Shown here piece after piece: positions 1 to 9,814 of a stretch of 64,000 bases of DNA (position 1 is the stretch's first letter; every line of letters begins with the position of its first letter). Below the pieces are notes generated by a model. The model was given only the letters and a program-made list of their open reading frames with translations, was not told the origin of the DNA and made no database searches. The DNA comes from Promethearchaeota archaeon. Its GTDB lineage: Archaea > Asgardarchaeota > Lokiarchaeia > Sigyniarchaeales > SOKP01. A program made the position numbers and the translations under genes. Where the stretch lies: positions 64,001 to 128,000 of the forward strand of contig JAGXNO010000002.1 of NCBI GenBank assembly GCA_019894975.1, in the 5' to 3' direction.

Positions 1-1084
1 TTCTCATCCATTCCGGAAAGGCTGTAGTTATTTGAAGATTTGTTTTCAATACAATATAAGTTTCATCATTATAATCAAGCTCTTCGATTACATCATACTT
101 TTTTAGAAATTCAATGTTTTCCATTAAAGAATCAAGTGATTTTTTCGAAACTAATTTATGTAATTTATCTTTTGAAATTAAACCGTTTCTTAATTCAGAA
201 AGAACATTATATTTCTTCGCATCTGCCATAATTTTAAAGAGAGTGAAGCTGTCTTCTTTAATTTCTTCAGCAGATTTCATCATATATTCACTGAAATATT
301 CTTGGACTTTGGGCAAGAGTAAGTCTATTAATTCGGGTTTATCATCAATATATTCAATCACACTATCAGGAGGAATCCTCTCAGCATTTACTTCTTTTAA
401 TAGAAGCACATATTTTTCAACCAAGCCGATTTGATTTATAAAAATGAATTGCTTATCAACGAGTGTATCTATTATGTCTTCAAAGTTCTTTTCAGGAAAT
501 TCTTCATTAAACCATTCTCTCAACCATTCTAAAAGAATTGGACCTTTTGATAATTTTCCCAATATCTCAAAGATAGGTTTATCATTCAGTAGAATTGCGA
601 TTTTTTCCTCTTCAGTTTTTTCCGATGTAAATTCAACAATGGCCCAGTATAAATTATTCACCCAGGCTTCTATTAGAGCTTCATTCTTAACAATGAGTTC
701 TTTATCATTTTCATCAAAACTATTTAAATCTTTTATATAAAACGCGGTGTATATCTCCTCATTTGATTGTAATCGCTCAGAAAATTCTGCACATAGATTT
801 GATAAAGTTACTTCTATTTCTGTGGGTATTTGTTGATCTAAAATAATTGAAACCATTAACATTTCCTTGTTCCCACGTGCCCAATCAGAATGGATTTCAA
901 AATAATAATTCATAGACTTCAAGTTTTCAAAAGAGTGGGTGAAAAAACCTTCGCTATACTGTTGATCCATAATATTCGCTATTTTAACTGATAAACCCTT
1001 ATCTAAGGAGTTTTTCGGGTAAGAAAAAAAGACTAACGGTCCAATTTTTCTATGAAAATAAGATAATGCGACGATTGGTTTCAA
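1..1084 (-). CDS. uDENN/longin-like protein (NPRL2/folliculin-like N-terminus), 3' end outside window
   Basis: Not in the ORF track because it runs off the window. Hand translation from TTG at 1084 is open to base 1: MKPIVALSYFHRKIGPLVFFSYP...NYYFEIHSDWARGNKEMLMVSII. The F-H-x3-GP-x6-P and ARG-before-strand motifs recall uDENN longin domains. Confidence 0.7.
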   Translation of the reverse strand, partial: MKPIVALSYFHRKIGPLVFFSYPKNSLDKGLSVKIANIMDQQYSEGFFTHSFENLKSMNYYFEIHSDWARGNKEMLMVSIILDQQIPTEIEVTLSNLCAEFSERLQSNEEIYTAFYIKDLNSFDENDKELIVKNEALIEAWVNNLYWAIVEFTSEKTEEEKIAILLNDKPIFEILGKLSKGPILLEWLREWFNEEFPEKNFEDIIDTLVDKQFIFINQIGLVEKYVLLLKEVNAERIPPDSVIEYIDDKPELIDLLLPKVQEYFSEYMMKSAEEIKEDSFTLFKIMADAKKYNVLSELRNGLISKDKLHKLVSKKSLDSLMENIEFLKKYDVIEELDYNDETYIVLKTNLQITTAFPEWMR

Positions 1085-1290
1085 TTAATGAATCTCCGTT
1101 ATGAATATTTTATTTTATAAACAGAACAGCTAATTTAATGATGATAAAATTAAACAAATTAATATTAAAGATTATATATTATTAAAGATAAATAAATTTA
1201 ACTTAACTTAACCTCTAATATCTTTAAACGTTAGAAATAAGCAAATTACTTGCATTAATTTTATAACTTTAAGATAATATTTGAAAAACA

Positions 1291-2046
1291 ATGAAATCTG
1301 TAAAATTAATTGGATTTGATCTTGATGATTGTTTATTCGACTCAACAGGTTTATCAGAACGGGCTAGAATTAAAGGTATAGATGCAATGATTAACTTGGG
1401 TTTAAAAGTCGAGAAAGCTAAAGCAATTCAGTTAATTTATGAAATCGTAAATGAGTATGGATCAAATTCTTCAAAACATTTTAATTATTTTATTAGAAGA
1501 TTGAATCATATGAAAGGTAAGGTAGAAAATATATCCTACAATGCTCGACATAAGTATATAGCTGCAGCAGTTATGGCTTATCATGAAGAAAAAGTAAAAT
1601 CAATTAAGCTTTATGATGATGTTGAGGAATGCTTAATGAGATTAAATAAGTTATCAATAAAAACATCAATTATTACAGACGGTATCCCCATTAAACAGTA
1701 TGAAAAGATTTTAAGGCTTAATATTGATAAAAAAATTGATCTGATAGTAATTTCAGATGAGATTGGTTTTAAAAAACCGAATCCAGAGCTTTTTAGTTAT
1801 TGGTTAAGGAAAACAGGGATTAAAGGGGATGAAGCAATATATATTGGAGATAGGATTGATAAAGATATAACTCCCGCAAATTTAAATAATATTAATACCG
1901 TTTATATTCATAGGGGTGGGAAATATGACATACCTCATATTGATTTAAATACGAAACCATCTCTAAAACCTAATTATGAAATATCAAGCTTAAATGAATT
2001 ATATAATATTATTGATGATATAAATAACAAAAATCGAAGACGTTAA
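1291..2046 (+). CDS. HAD-superfamily hydrolase (subfamily IA)
   Basis: FDLDDCL motif I, ITDG, KKPNP, YIGDRIDKDI motif IV. Confidence 0.92.
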   Translation: MKSVKLIGFDLDDCLFDSTGLSERARIKGIDAMINLGLKVEKAKAIQLIYEIVNEYGSNSSKHFNYFIRRLNHMKGKVENISYNARHKYIAAAVMAYHEEKVKSIKLYDDVEECLMRLNKLSIKTSIITDGIPIKQYEKILRLNIDKKIDLIVISDEIGFKKPNPELFSYWLRKTGIKGDEAIYIGDRIDKDITPANLNNINTVYIHRGGKYDIPHIDLNTKPSLKPNYEISSLNELYNIIDDINNKNRRR

Positions 2047-2054
2047 TCCCTGAA

Positions 2055-2873
2055 ATGAGAGTAGCCTGCATTCAACCACAAATTTTTCAAGACAGAAAGA
2101 AATGTTATTCTCAAATTAAGATCCTGCTAAACCAGTTATTAGAAAAATATCAAAATTGTGAGATTGTATGTTTACCTGAACGATGGGTTCCATATTTTAG
2201 AGATTCGGCAAAAAACTTACAAGAAGAAAGAGGAAATGATTATTCTTTTATTAAAAACCTTGCTAAAGAATTTACCATAAAAATTCTATCAGGAGCAATT
2301 TGGGAAAAAAGAAAAGAGTCAAATAAACCAGTAATCACATGTTATATTTTTGACGAAAATGGTGAGGAAATAGGACGACAAGAGAAAATTCATCTTTACT
2401 CATATGAACGAGAGCAGTTTAATCCTGGAAAAGAACTAAAAATATTTAAGCTAAACAAATTGGGTAATATTGCTGTTTTAATATGTTTTGATATGGCTTT
2501 TTTTGAAACTCCTAGATTAGCTGTCGAAAATGGAGCAGATTTTTTATTTTCACCTACCCAAATTAGAGATGATGGTATGGTTAATTGGGAAATATATCTC
2601 AAAGCACGTGCACTTGAAAACCGAGTTCCAATCGCAGCTTGTAATAGTTTTGGTAGATATTTAAACAGAAAATTTTTAGGAAATAGTAAATTAATTTCAT
2701 TCCATCGAGGAAGCGTTTCTCCATCTAAATTAAAAATTATAGAAGCCCCAATAGATTCTAGTGGATTTATTTATGATGATATTGATTTATCCTTTCCAAA
2801 AAAAATGCGAAAAATTCGATTAGGAGAGCGGATAGATAAAAATAAAATTGGAATTAAAATAATTAATAAATAA
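2055..2873 (+). CDS. carbon-nitrogen hydrolase (nitrilase/amidase) family protein
   Basis: Glu-Lys-Cys triad in CLPE, EKIHL and LICFD; also ARALEN. Confidence 0.92.
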   Translation: MRVACIQPQIFQDRKKCYSQIKILLNQLLEKYQNCEIVCLPERWVPYFRDSAKNLQEERGNDYSFIKNLAKEFTIKILSGAIWEKRKESNKPVITCYIFDENGEEIGRQEKIHLYSYEREQFNPGKELKIFKLNKLGNIAVLICFDMAFFETPRLAVENGADFLFSPTQIRDDGMVNWEIYLKARALENRVPIAACNSFGRYLNRKFLGNSKLISFHRGSVSPSKLKIIEAPIDSSGFIYDDIDLSFPKKMRKIRLGERIDKNKIGIKIINK

Positions 2874-2903
2874 ATGTAATTACATTTCATCCAATACAAA
2901 TAA

Positions 2904-3860
2904 ATGAGTGAATCTAAAGAACTCAAGAAAATACTTTTCTGTGGATTGGAAAATGGGGGAAAAACCTCAATCCTTTTAACATTAGATAAAAAGTTTAGCT
3001 TATTACCAACGGTTAAACCCACCATAAAAGCTAAAAGAACGGTTCATACTAACTCTTTATTGGGAATATCAATCATCAGATGGGATTTAGGAGGTCAAAG
3101 AAGTTATAGAAAAATTTACTTAGGTGAAAAAAGTAGATATTTTACTGAAATGCAGTCTATATTTTATGTTATAGATATTCAAGCACCTGAAAAATTTGAA
3201 GAATCAATAGTATTTTTAAAAGATATTGTTACAATAATTTCAGACAATCATCCAAAAAACTTCCAATTTTTAATACTATTGCATAAATATGATCCTGATA
3301 TCAAAAATCGTGCAGACATTATAGAAAGTATTTCGTATTTTGAAACAGAAATTCCATCAATTATCAAATCAATAAAATTCTCTATAATTAAAACATCAAT
3401 ATATGATGATTCAAACTTGTTGAAAGCATTTTCTGATGGTGCGTTCTATGCTACACATAAATCTAAAATGTTTCAAACTTTGTTAAAGGATTACATGAGC
3501 AAAACGTATAATAGTTCTACGCTTCTCTTGGACCAAAATTGTTTTATTGTTGCGAGTAGATCCACGAATGAGGAGTATCAGAACATTTGTGAGTCCATTG
3601 CTCCTAGATTAACTCAAGCATTGGAAAAACTAGAAGAATGGGATATAGATACAGTAGATATTGTTACAAATATAGAATTTTCACAAAAAAACTCTGAATC
3701 TGCTAAAGAAGGAATAATTTTCTTGAGAAAATTAGACATTGATATAACTCGATTCTATCTAGTAGCACTCTGCTTGAATAAAAACGTGAAAAATAGATCC
3801 TATGAATACTTCCCTCTTTTAGCTGATAATTTGAAAAACCTATTGGAAAGTTTTGAATGA
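2904..3860 (+). CDS. Rag/Arf-like small GTPase with C-terminal roadblock/longin-like domain
   Basis: G1 GLENGGKTS, G2 PT, G3 WDLGGQ, G4 HKYD, G5 TSIYD (Rag-type HKxD/TSI), plus a ~130 aa C-terminal alpha/beta domain. Confidence 0.85.
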   Translation: MSESKELKKILFCGLENGGKTSILLTLDKKFSLLPTVKPTIKAKRTVHTNSLLGISIIRWDLGGQRSYRKIYLGEKSRYFTEMQSIFYVIDIQAPEKFEESIVFLKDIVTIISDNHPKNFQFLILLHKYDPDIKNRADIIESISYFETEIPSIIKSIKFSIIKTSIYDDSNLLKAFSDGAFYATHKSKMFQTLLKDYMSKTYNSSTLLLDQNCFIVASRSTNEEYQNICESIAPRLTQALEKLEEWDIDTVDIVTNIEFSQKNSESAKEGIIFLRKLDIDITRFYLVALCLNKNVKNRSYEYFPLLADNLKNLLESFE

Positions 3861-4027
3861 ATTTTTGATTTTTTATATTAATAGGTTTTTATAGTTTAAC
3901 CTAACCGATGTAATTTTTTGTGTTTTCATTATAGGATACACTTTATTTTTACTTTCAGTGACCCCTCTCTCTGTGTGGGGTTTAAATAGATTCGTGTAAA
4001 AAAAAATTAAAAAAAAATCTTATAATC

Positions 4028-5221
4028 ATGACATTTAAACTAGATATAGATAAAAATTTTGTTGGACCTAAGGCTTTATTCGACCCAAATTATATTCCCC
4101 CCAATTTGTTACACAGAAAAAAGGAACTTAATTCATTAGTATCTATTTTAAATGATTCAATTTCTGATAAATTCTCTCTCAACATACTCTATCAAGGAAT
4201 TAATGGAATTGGAAAAAAAGCAATTGCCAATAAAGTGATTAATGATCTCTCAGATCAAAATAAAGGGATTAATAACATCCATAAAATTTGTATTGATTGC
4301 AAAGAAAAAGATCTTGAAGAATTAATTTTTACAATCCTCCCCGATTTATTAAATATATGTAAATTTAAAATCGACTACGATTCACTATTAAATTCAAATT
4401 TATCGCATTTATGGAACGTATTTAAGCTATTATGTAAAAGAATTAACCATAATCTCTTTTTTATTTTTACTAATGTCGAGTATCTAAAACCTGAGATATT
4501 TAAGAAATTTTTACAAGTTGGAAAAGATACAAATATTACCTCGATCTATACCATAAATAAAATGCTGCAACCGACAACAGTTGATTTATTGCCTGAATTC
4601 GATTTAAAAAAGAAATTGAATTATTTCAATTATAAAGAACTATATTCTATTCTAAAACAACGAATTTTGCTAACACTCTCACATGAAGTGGACGGTGAAA
4701 TAATTAAATATATAACAGATTTAGTTTGTGAGCAATATGTCCCTGTACCAGGTAAAGGGATTGAGATCCTTAGAAATCTTTATCCACATTTGAAAAATAA
4801 AGAGCATATTATGAATTGTGACTTAATAGAGCTTTGTCAGAATCATTTTGATCAAATGCAAATTCATGATGAATTCAGTATGTTAAATTATATTTCTGAT
4901 GAAGATTTTCTCCATATAGTATTCTTAGATAATCTTTCCAATTATTTCATCAGTAAAATGAATTACTATGTTTCTCTAAAAGAATTAGAAGAACTATACC
5001 ATGTTTCTTGTGAATCTTTAGAATATGAAAAAAGTATTAACGAATTTCAGAGTTTAGTTAAAGATTTGTTGAATATCGGTATAATTAGACCCTCAAAGAA
5101 GACTCTAAAAGGAAAAAATACTCTAAAACTAGATAATTTAGAAATTTGTAACGATTATTTTATGGTAATAAGCCCTAACCAATTAAAAGCAATTCTTGAT
5201 ACCTTTTTTGAAAATTACTAA
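4028..5221 (+). CDS. Orc1/Cdc6-family protein with degenerate ATPase motifs
   Basis: FDPNYIPPNLLHRKKEL N-terminus typical of Cdc6; Walker A GINGIGKK; YNxxEL-like YFNYKELYSILKQR; C-terminal winged-helix-like region. Confidence 0.8.
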   Translation: MTFKLDIDKNFVGPKALFDPNYIPPNLLHRKKELNSLVSILNDSISDKFSLNILYQGINGIGKKAIANKVINDLSDQNKGINNIHKICIDCKEKDLEELIFTILPDLLNICKFKIDYDSLLNSNLSHLWNVFKLLCKRINHNLFFIFTNVEYLKPEIFKKFLQVGKDTNITSIYTINKMLQPTTVDLLPEFDLKKKLNYFNYKELYSILKQRILLTLSHEVDGEIIKYITDLVCEQYVPVPGKGIEILRNLYPHLKNKEHIMNCDLIELCQNHFDQMQIHDEFSMLNYISDEDFLHIVFLDNLSNYFISKMNYYVSLKELEELYHVSCESLEYEKSINEFQSLVKDLLNIGIIRPSKKTLKGKNTLKLDNLEICNDYFMVISPNQLKAILDTFFENY

Positions 5222-5347
5222 TCTTTTCATATGTTTTCAAAAATGGAAAAGTGGAGTCAGTTTTTTTTATATATTTGACATGCCTATCATATATATATTG
5301 GTAATTACTCTATTCTTTATATTAAAGATAGAAGCGGAGAGAAAGAA

Positions 5348-8300
5348 TTGACTTATATCAAAAAAATTTCTATGACGGGTTTTAAGTCATTTGGAGATCG
5401 TACTGTAACGATTAAACTTTCAAGTGGTTTTACATGTATAGTAGGGCCTAATGGTGCGGGTAAATCAAATATTATAGATGCTCTATGTTTCGCATTGGGA
5501 AGATTAAGTAAAAAAACAATGAGAGCAAAAAGTCTAGAGGACCTAATTTTTGCAGGCTCTAGAGGGAAAAATCCGTCTCAAAGAGCATCGGTTACAATGT
5601 ATTTCGACAATTCTGAGAACGTTTTTCCAGGTGGAACAGAGAGTTTTGAAATTACACGTACAATAAAAAGAGGTGGGGGTGGTGGTTATAAAATGAATGG
5701 CGTAAAATCCACTCGTCAACAAATTCTTAATGCCTTAGCAGCTGCAAATGTTGATCCTGATGGTAGTAATCAATTTGTTCTACAAGGAAAGATTGTTGAA
5801 CTCACACATATGAATACAGAAAATCGTAGACTTTTCATTGAAGATCTGATAGGCCTTCAAAAATATGATGAAATGAAAGATGCAACATTAAAAGAATTAG
5901 AAAAAGCAGAGAGAGATTTAGGTCAATTCGAAGCAATTTTCAAAGAAGTGTCTTCTCAGCTTAAAAAAGTTGAAAAGGAAAAGAGTGATGCTTTAGCTTG
6001 GAAGGAATTAGATGAAAAAATTAATTTTTTGAATTCACAGTTAATAGCTCTTAAAATTTCGAAGTTAAGAAAGGAAGAGGATGATTTAGAAAAAAAAATA
6101 GAAAATTCACTAAAGTTTATTGAAGAATTTGATGAAAAAATAAGCAGACAAGAAGCTTTGCTTAAACAAGAATCACTTGTTATGGATAATATTCAAAAAA
6201 CTATAAATGAGAAAGAAAAAGAAAGAGAAGAAATTAACGAGAATATTACTCAAATAAAAACAAAAATTTCTTCTAGTCAAACTACCTCAAACCTAGCTCA
6301 AAAATCTATTGAAAAACTTTCCCTTGAAATAAAAACATTAGAAAATTTACAAATGGTGCTTGAAGAAGGGCAAAGTATCGATTTATTAATAGAAGGTGTA
6401 TCAAAAGATATTTCTGAATGTGAGAATAACATAGAAGAATCTAAAAAAGAAATTGAATTAAAACAGCAAACTCAGTCTGAATTAGATACAAAAATAAAAG
6501 ATAATGAGGAAGAAAAATCACTGTTTAATGCTGAAATTTCCAAAATACAGCAAAATATATCTTCAGATAATGCCCAAATCAAAGTCCTTAAGGAAAATAT
6601 ACAAAAGAATGAAAATAAAAGAAATAAGTTAGAAAATGAACTTAATAAATTAATAAAAGAAGCAGAATCCATAGATGAGGCTATAGAGAAAACTAAAAAG
6701 GAAGAAAGCGAAGTTAGAAAACAAATTGATAACTTGAAGGTTAAAATTTCAGAAGAGAATCAAAATCAAAAGGACCTCGAGAATAAAATAACTTCTGTTC
6801 AAGAGGAAAAAAATCAATTAAATCTTCAGCTTTCAAGTCTTCAATCTAATTTATCTTCATTAAATACAGAAATTACTATGAACAACAATAACATCAATGA
6901 TTTGAAAAATAAAAAAAGCGCAATTGAAAAAAAAATCCAAGAATTAAGTAAGGGCAAAGATACAGAGGATGTGGTTAAGGAACTATTACGAGAAAATGAA
7001 AATAAGAATAAAGTTATAATCGATTTAAGAACAAAATTAAAGGAAGAGAATTCCAATTACAAGAAGAATGAGCAGAACTTGGAATTATTAAGAATGAAAA
7101 AATTTTCTTTAGATTCCGAAATTAATGATAATAAAGGCAAAATCGATAATATTAACACAGAGTTAAAGATATTCACAAAAGAAACAACTAATTTGGAAAG
7201 AGAGAAAAATAAACTAGATATCCAGGTTACTACTTTAAATAAGAATCTCTTAGACATTGAAAAAGGTCTCGAAAAATTCACCAGTAAGAATGTAAACATC
7301 CAAAGACGTTTAGAAGAACTTACGAAAGAAAAAGATGGTATTGTGAAGAAAATTGAATCTTCTGACGTGGAATATGAGAAGAATACACAAGATATTACAG
7401 GAATTCTACAGATTTTAAATATGCTCACTCAAAACATTAATATTTCAGTTGAATCTATAAAAAGTAACATACAACAATCAAACGCAGAGGCAATTGAGAA
7501 CTCAGCCGAAGATTTTAAGAAATTCATTTTAGACCTCGTAGATATAATGAAATCTGTTGAGGAAATTGGTGAAGATTCAGCCCAAACAACAGAAACGACA
7601 GAAATGATTGGTTCAATTATGGGGACTTTAAAACTATTTACAGATAATGCGGATAGCACAATAGGGCAGTTAATAGAGAGAGTAAAAGAATCTGCTGATA
7701 TTGAAATTCAAACTTCAACAACCAACTTCGATACTTTCGTTCAAGATCTTATGGAAATTCTCGAAGATGTGTATCTATCCTTAAGAAAATTAACTATGTC
7801 TAAAAGTCAAGAACTCTACAAACAACTTGATGAAATTTCAGAAAACATAAATTCTCAAACAGATGATTTAAATCTTACCGATAAAAGATTAACAGAAGCA
7901 AATATTCAACAAAAACATGATTCTGAAAACCTATCTGCTTTCAATCAAAGGCTTGAAGAAATTAGTAAAAGAAATCAAGAAATTAAAGATAGATCTACAA
8001 AAGTTGAAGAAGAAATCAATGAAAGAAAAGCTACCATTAATGAAAGAGAAAATCAAATTAAAGACGTTGACGCTGAAATAACAAAATTAGAGGAGCTTAA
8101 GGATGCACACTGGCAAAATATATCTAAGATCCAAGAAGATATTGAGAATGCACAAGCAGAATTAGAGAAATTAAGAGCTGATCTACAGGAATTACATGGA
8201 ATTCAAAATTTATTTGAAAATCTAACCGAAATTGATGAAACTATTCAAAATTTGAATCGATCAATCGAAGAAAAAAAGAATGTAATTGCTACTACTCAAG

Positions 8301-9802
8301 AAAGTATTGAAAAAACTCATGAAAATCAGAAATCCTTTCAAAGTGAAATTGATAATCTAATTCAGCAAAAAGAAAAATTTTGGGAAATTAGTGAAAACAT
8401 ACAGAAACAAATTGAAGATAAGAATTCGGAATTAGAGGAAATCCTGGACCGATTACGTGCTCTTGAAAATGTAATGAGAATTATTAATTCAATTGAAGAC
8501 TTAAAAAAAGAAAATACTGACGCTAAAAATAGCATTGATAGTTGTATTAAAAATGTAGAACAATTTAATACTGAAAGCGATAAAATTCAATTAAATGTTG
8601 ATCAAAAGCAGCAGATAATAGATGATTTTCGGAGTGAAAAAGATAAAGAAGTAGAATTACAAAAAGCCGCCCAAAAGAAATTAAATAAATTCAATAACGA
8701 TTTGCAAAAGCATCAAAAAAAATTAAATGAGTTAAATAAAAATAGAGAAAGAGAACAGAAAATCTATGAATTAACCCAGGATATAAGCAATACTGAGAAA
8801 CAAATTGAAGCGCTAATCAAAGAACTAGAAAGCTATCAAACAGAACTAGCCACTGGGAACGAAAAGAAAGACGGAAAACAGGGAGAAATTGATAAATTTA
8901 CTCAAGAAAAAGATGATTCTTGGAAGAAACAGAAACAATATCAAAAAATAATATCAGATTTGAAAGCCGACCATTCTATGGAAAATTCAAAAAAGAACAA
9001 TTTTGAATCCAAAAAACTTATTTGTGCTGATCAAATTGAAACTCTTTTCCATCGCTCAAAAGAATACGGGTCATTACCACCTGTCACAGATGATCTCTCA
9101 GAACCTGAATTGCAATCCGAGATTGTAGAAGTCACTAAGAATAAAAAATCTCTTGAACCCGTCAATTTAAAAGCTATTGAACAATTTGACACCGTAAAGG
9201 AAAGATTTGATGAGATTGATATGCGCCGGCAAACTATTCAGAGAGAGAGAAAATCGATTCTTGACGCTATCGATAAAATTGAGCTGGAAAAAACTCGTAC
9301 CTTCATGAAAGCGTATCATGAAATTAATCGTGAATTCTCCCGTATATTCCAAAAACTCTCTCCCGGGGGTTCCGCTAAGATGATATTAGATCGCCCTGAT
9401 AAGCCCTTCGAGGGAGGGATCAGCATCGAAGCTCGACCCCGAGGTAAAAAAATTTCAAGCCTGGAAATTTTAAGCGGCGGTGAAAAAACACTCGTGGCGC
9501 TCTCGTTTATCTTTGCCGTGCAGGAGTTTTATCCCGCGCCTTTTTATATTCTCGATGAGATTGATGCAGCCTTAGATGGTTCAAATACGCACAGAGTCTC
9601 GATGGTCATACAGGAGTTTTCAAAGCAAGCGCAGTTCTTAGTCATTAGTCACAGAGAGGAGAATATTGTAAATGCAGATCGAATTTACGGGGTTACAATG
9701 CAACAATCGGGTATTACAGATATCTTTAGTGTTGATTTGGAGGAGGAAGCGAAACGTCTACTGGAACTTGAAGATATCGAACCCACCATTACGGAAAATT
9801 AA
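5348..9802 (+). CDS. smc: chromosome segregation protein SMC (long, no canonical hinge recognisable)
   Basis: GFKSF, Walker A GPNGAGKSN, Q-loop VLQG, long coiled coils, PVNLKA, signature LSGGEK, Walker B ILDEIDAALD, H-loop ISH. Confidence 0.97.
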   Translation: MTYIKKISMTGFKSFGDRTVTIKLSSGFTCIVGPNGAGKSNIIDALCFALGRLSKKTMRAKSLEDLIFAGSRGKNPSQRASVTMYFDNSENVFPGGTESFEITRTIKRGGGGGYKMNGVKSTRQQILNALAAANVDPDGSNQFVLQGKIVELTHMNTENRRLFIEDLIGLQKYDEMKDATLKELEKAERDLGQFEAIFKEVSSQLKKVEKEKSDALAWKELDEKINFLNSQLIALKISKLRKEEDDLEKKIENSLKFIEEFDEKISRQEALLKQESLVMDNIQKTINEKEKEREEINENITQIKTKISSSQTTSNLAQKSIEKLSLEIKTLENLQMVLEEGQSIDLLIEGVSKDISECENNIEESKKEIELKQQTQSELDTKIKDNEEEKSLFNAEISKIQQNISSDNAQIKVLKENIQKNENKRNKLENELNKLIKEAESIDEAIEKTKKEESEVRKQIDNLKVKISEENQNQKDLENKITSVQEEKNQLNLQLSSLQSNLSSLNTEITMNNNNINDLKNKKSAIEKKIQELSKGKDTEDVVKELLRENENKNKVIIDLRTKLKEENSNYKKNEQNLELLRMKKFSLDSEINDNKGKIDNINTELKIFTKETTNLEREKNKLDIQVTTLNKNLLDIEKGLEKFTSKNVNIQRRLEELTKEKDGIVKKIESSDVEYEKNTQDITGILQILNMLTQNINISVESIKSNIQQSNAEAIENSAEDFKKFILDLVDIMKSVEEIGEDSAQTTETTEMIGSIMGTLKLFTDNADSTIGQLIERVKESADIEIQTSTTNFDTFVQDLMEILEDVYLSLRKLTMSKSQELYKQLDEISENINSQTDDLNLTDKRLTEANIQQKHDSENLSAFNQRLEEISKRNQEIKDRSTKVEEEINERKATINERENQIKDVDAEITKLEELKDAHWQNISKIQEDIENAQAELEKLRADLQELHGIQNLFENLTEIDETIQNLNRSIEEKKNVIATTQESIEKTHENQKSFQSEIDNLIQQKEKFWEISENIQKQIEDKNSELEEILDRLRALENVMRIINSIEDLKKENTDAKNSIDSCIKNVEQFNTESDKIQLNVDQKQQIIDDFRSEKDKEVELQKAAQKKLNKFNNDLQKHQKKLNELNKNREREQKIYELTQDISNTEKQIEALIKELESYQTELATGNEKKDGKQGEIDKFTQEKDDSWKKQKQYQKIISDLKADHSMENSKKNNFESKKLICADQIETLFHRSKEYGSLPPVTDDLSEPELQSEIVEVTKNKKSLEPVNLKAIEQFDTVKERFDEIDMRRQTIQRERKSILDAIDKIELEKTRTFMKAYHEINREFSRIFQKLSPGGSAKMILDRPDKPFEGGISIEARPRGKKISSLEILSGGEKTLVALSFIFAVQEFYPAPFYILDEIDAALDGSNTHRVSMVIQEFSKQAQFLVISHREENIVNADRIYGVTMQQSGITDIFSVDLEEEAKRLLELEDIEPTITEN
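9584..9802 (+). repeat. left copy of the 219-bp smc 3'-end direct repeat (part of intact smc)
   Basis: Aligns without gaps to 27095-27313. Confidence 0.95.
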
Positions 9803-9814
9803 TAAAAAAAGATA

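Noticed and set aside
40-740. Plus-strand ORFs 40-231, 114-434 and 444-740
   Set aside because: Antisense shadows of the real minus-strand gene (1-1084).
3861-4027. Possible replication origin beside the cdc6-like gene (ACCCC...GGGGT inverted repeat, A-tracts)
   Set aside because: No repeated ORB-like boxes are visible, the interval is short and the Cdc6 is degenerate.
6472-9352. Short minus-strand ORFs inside smc
   Set aside because: Antisense shadows of coiled-coil codons.
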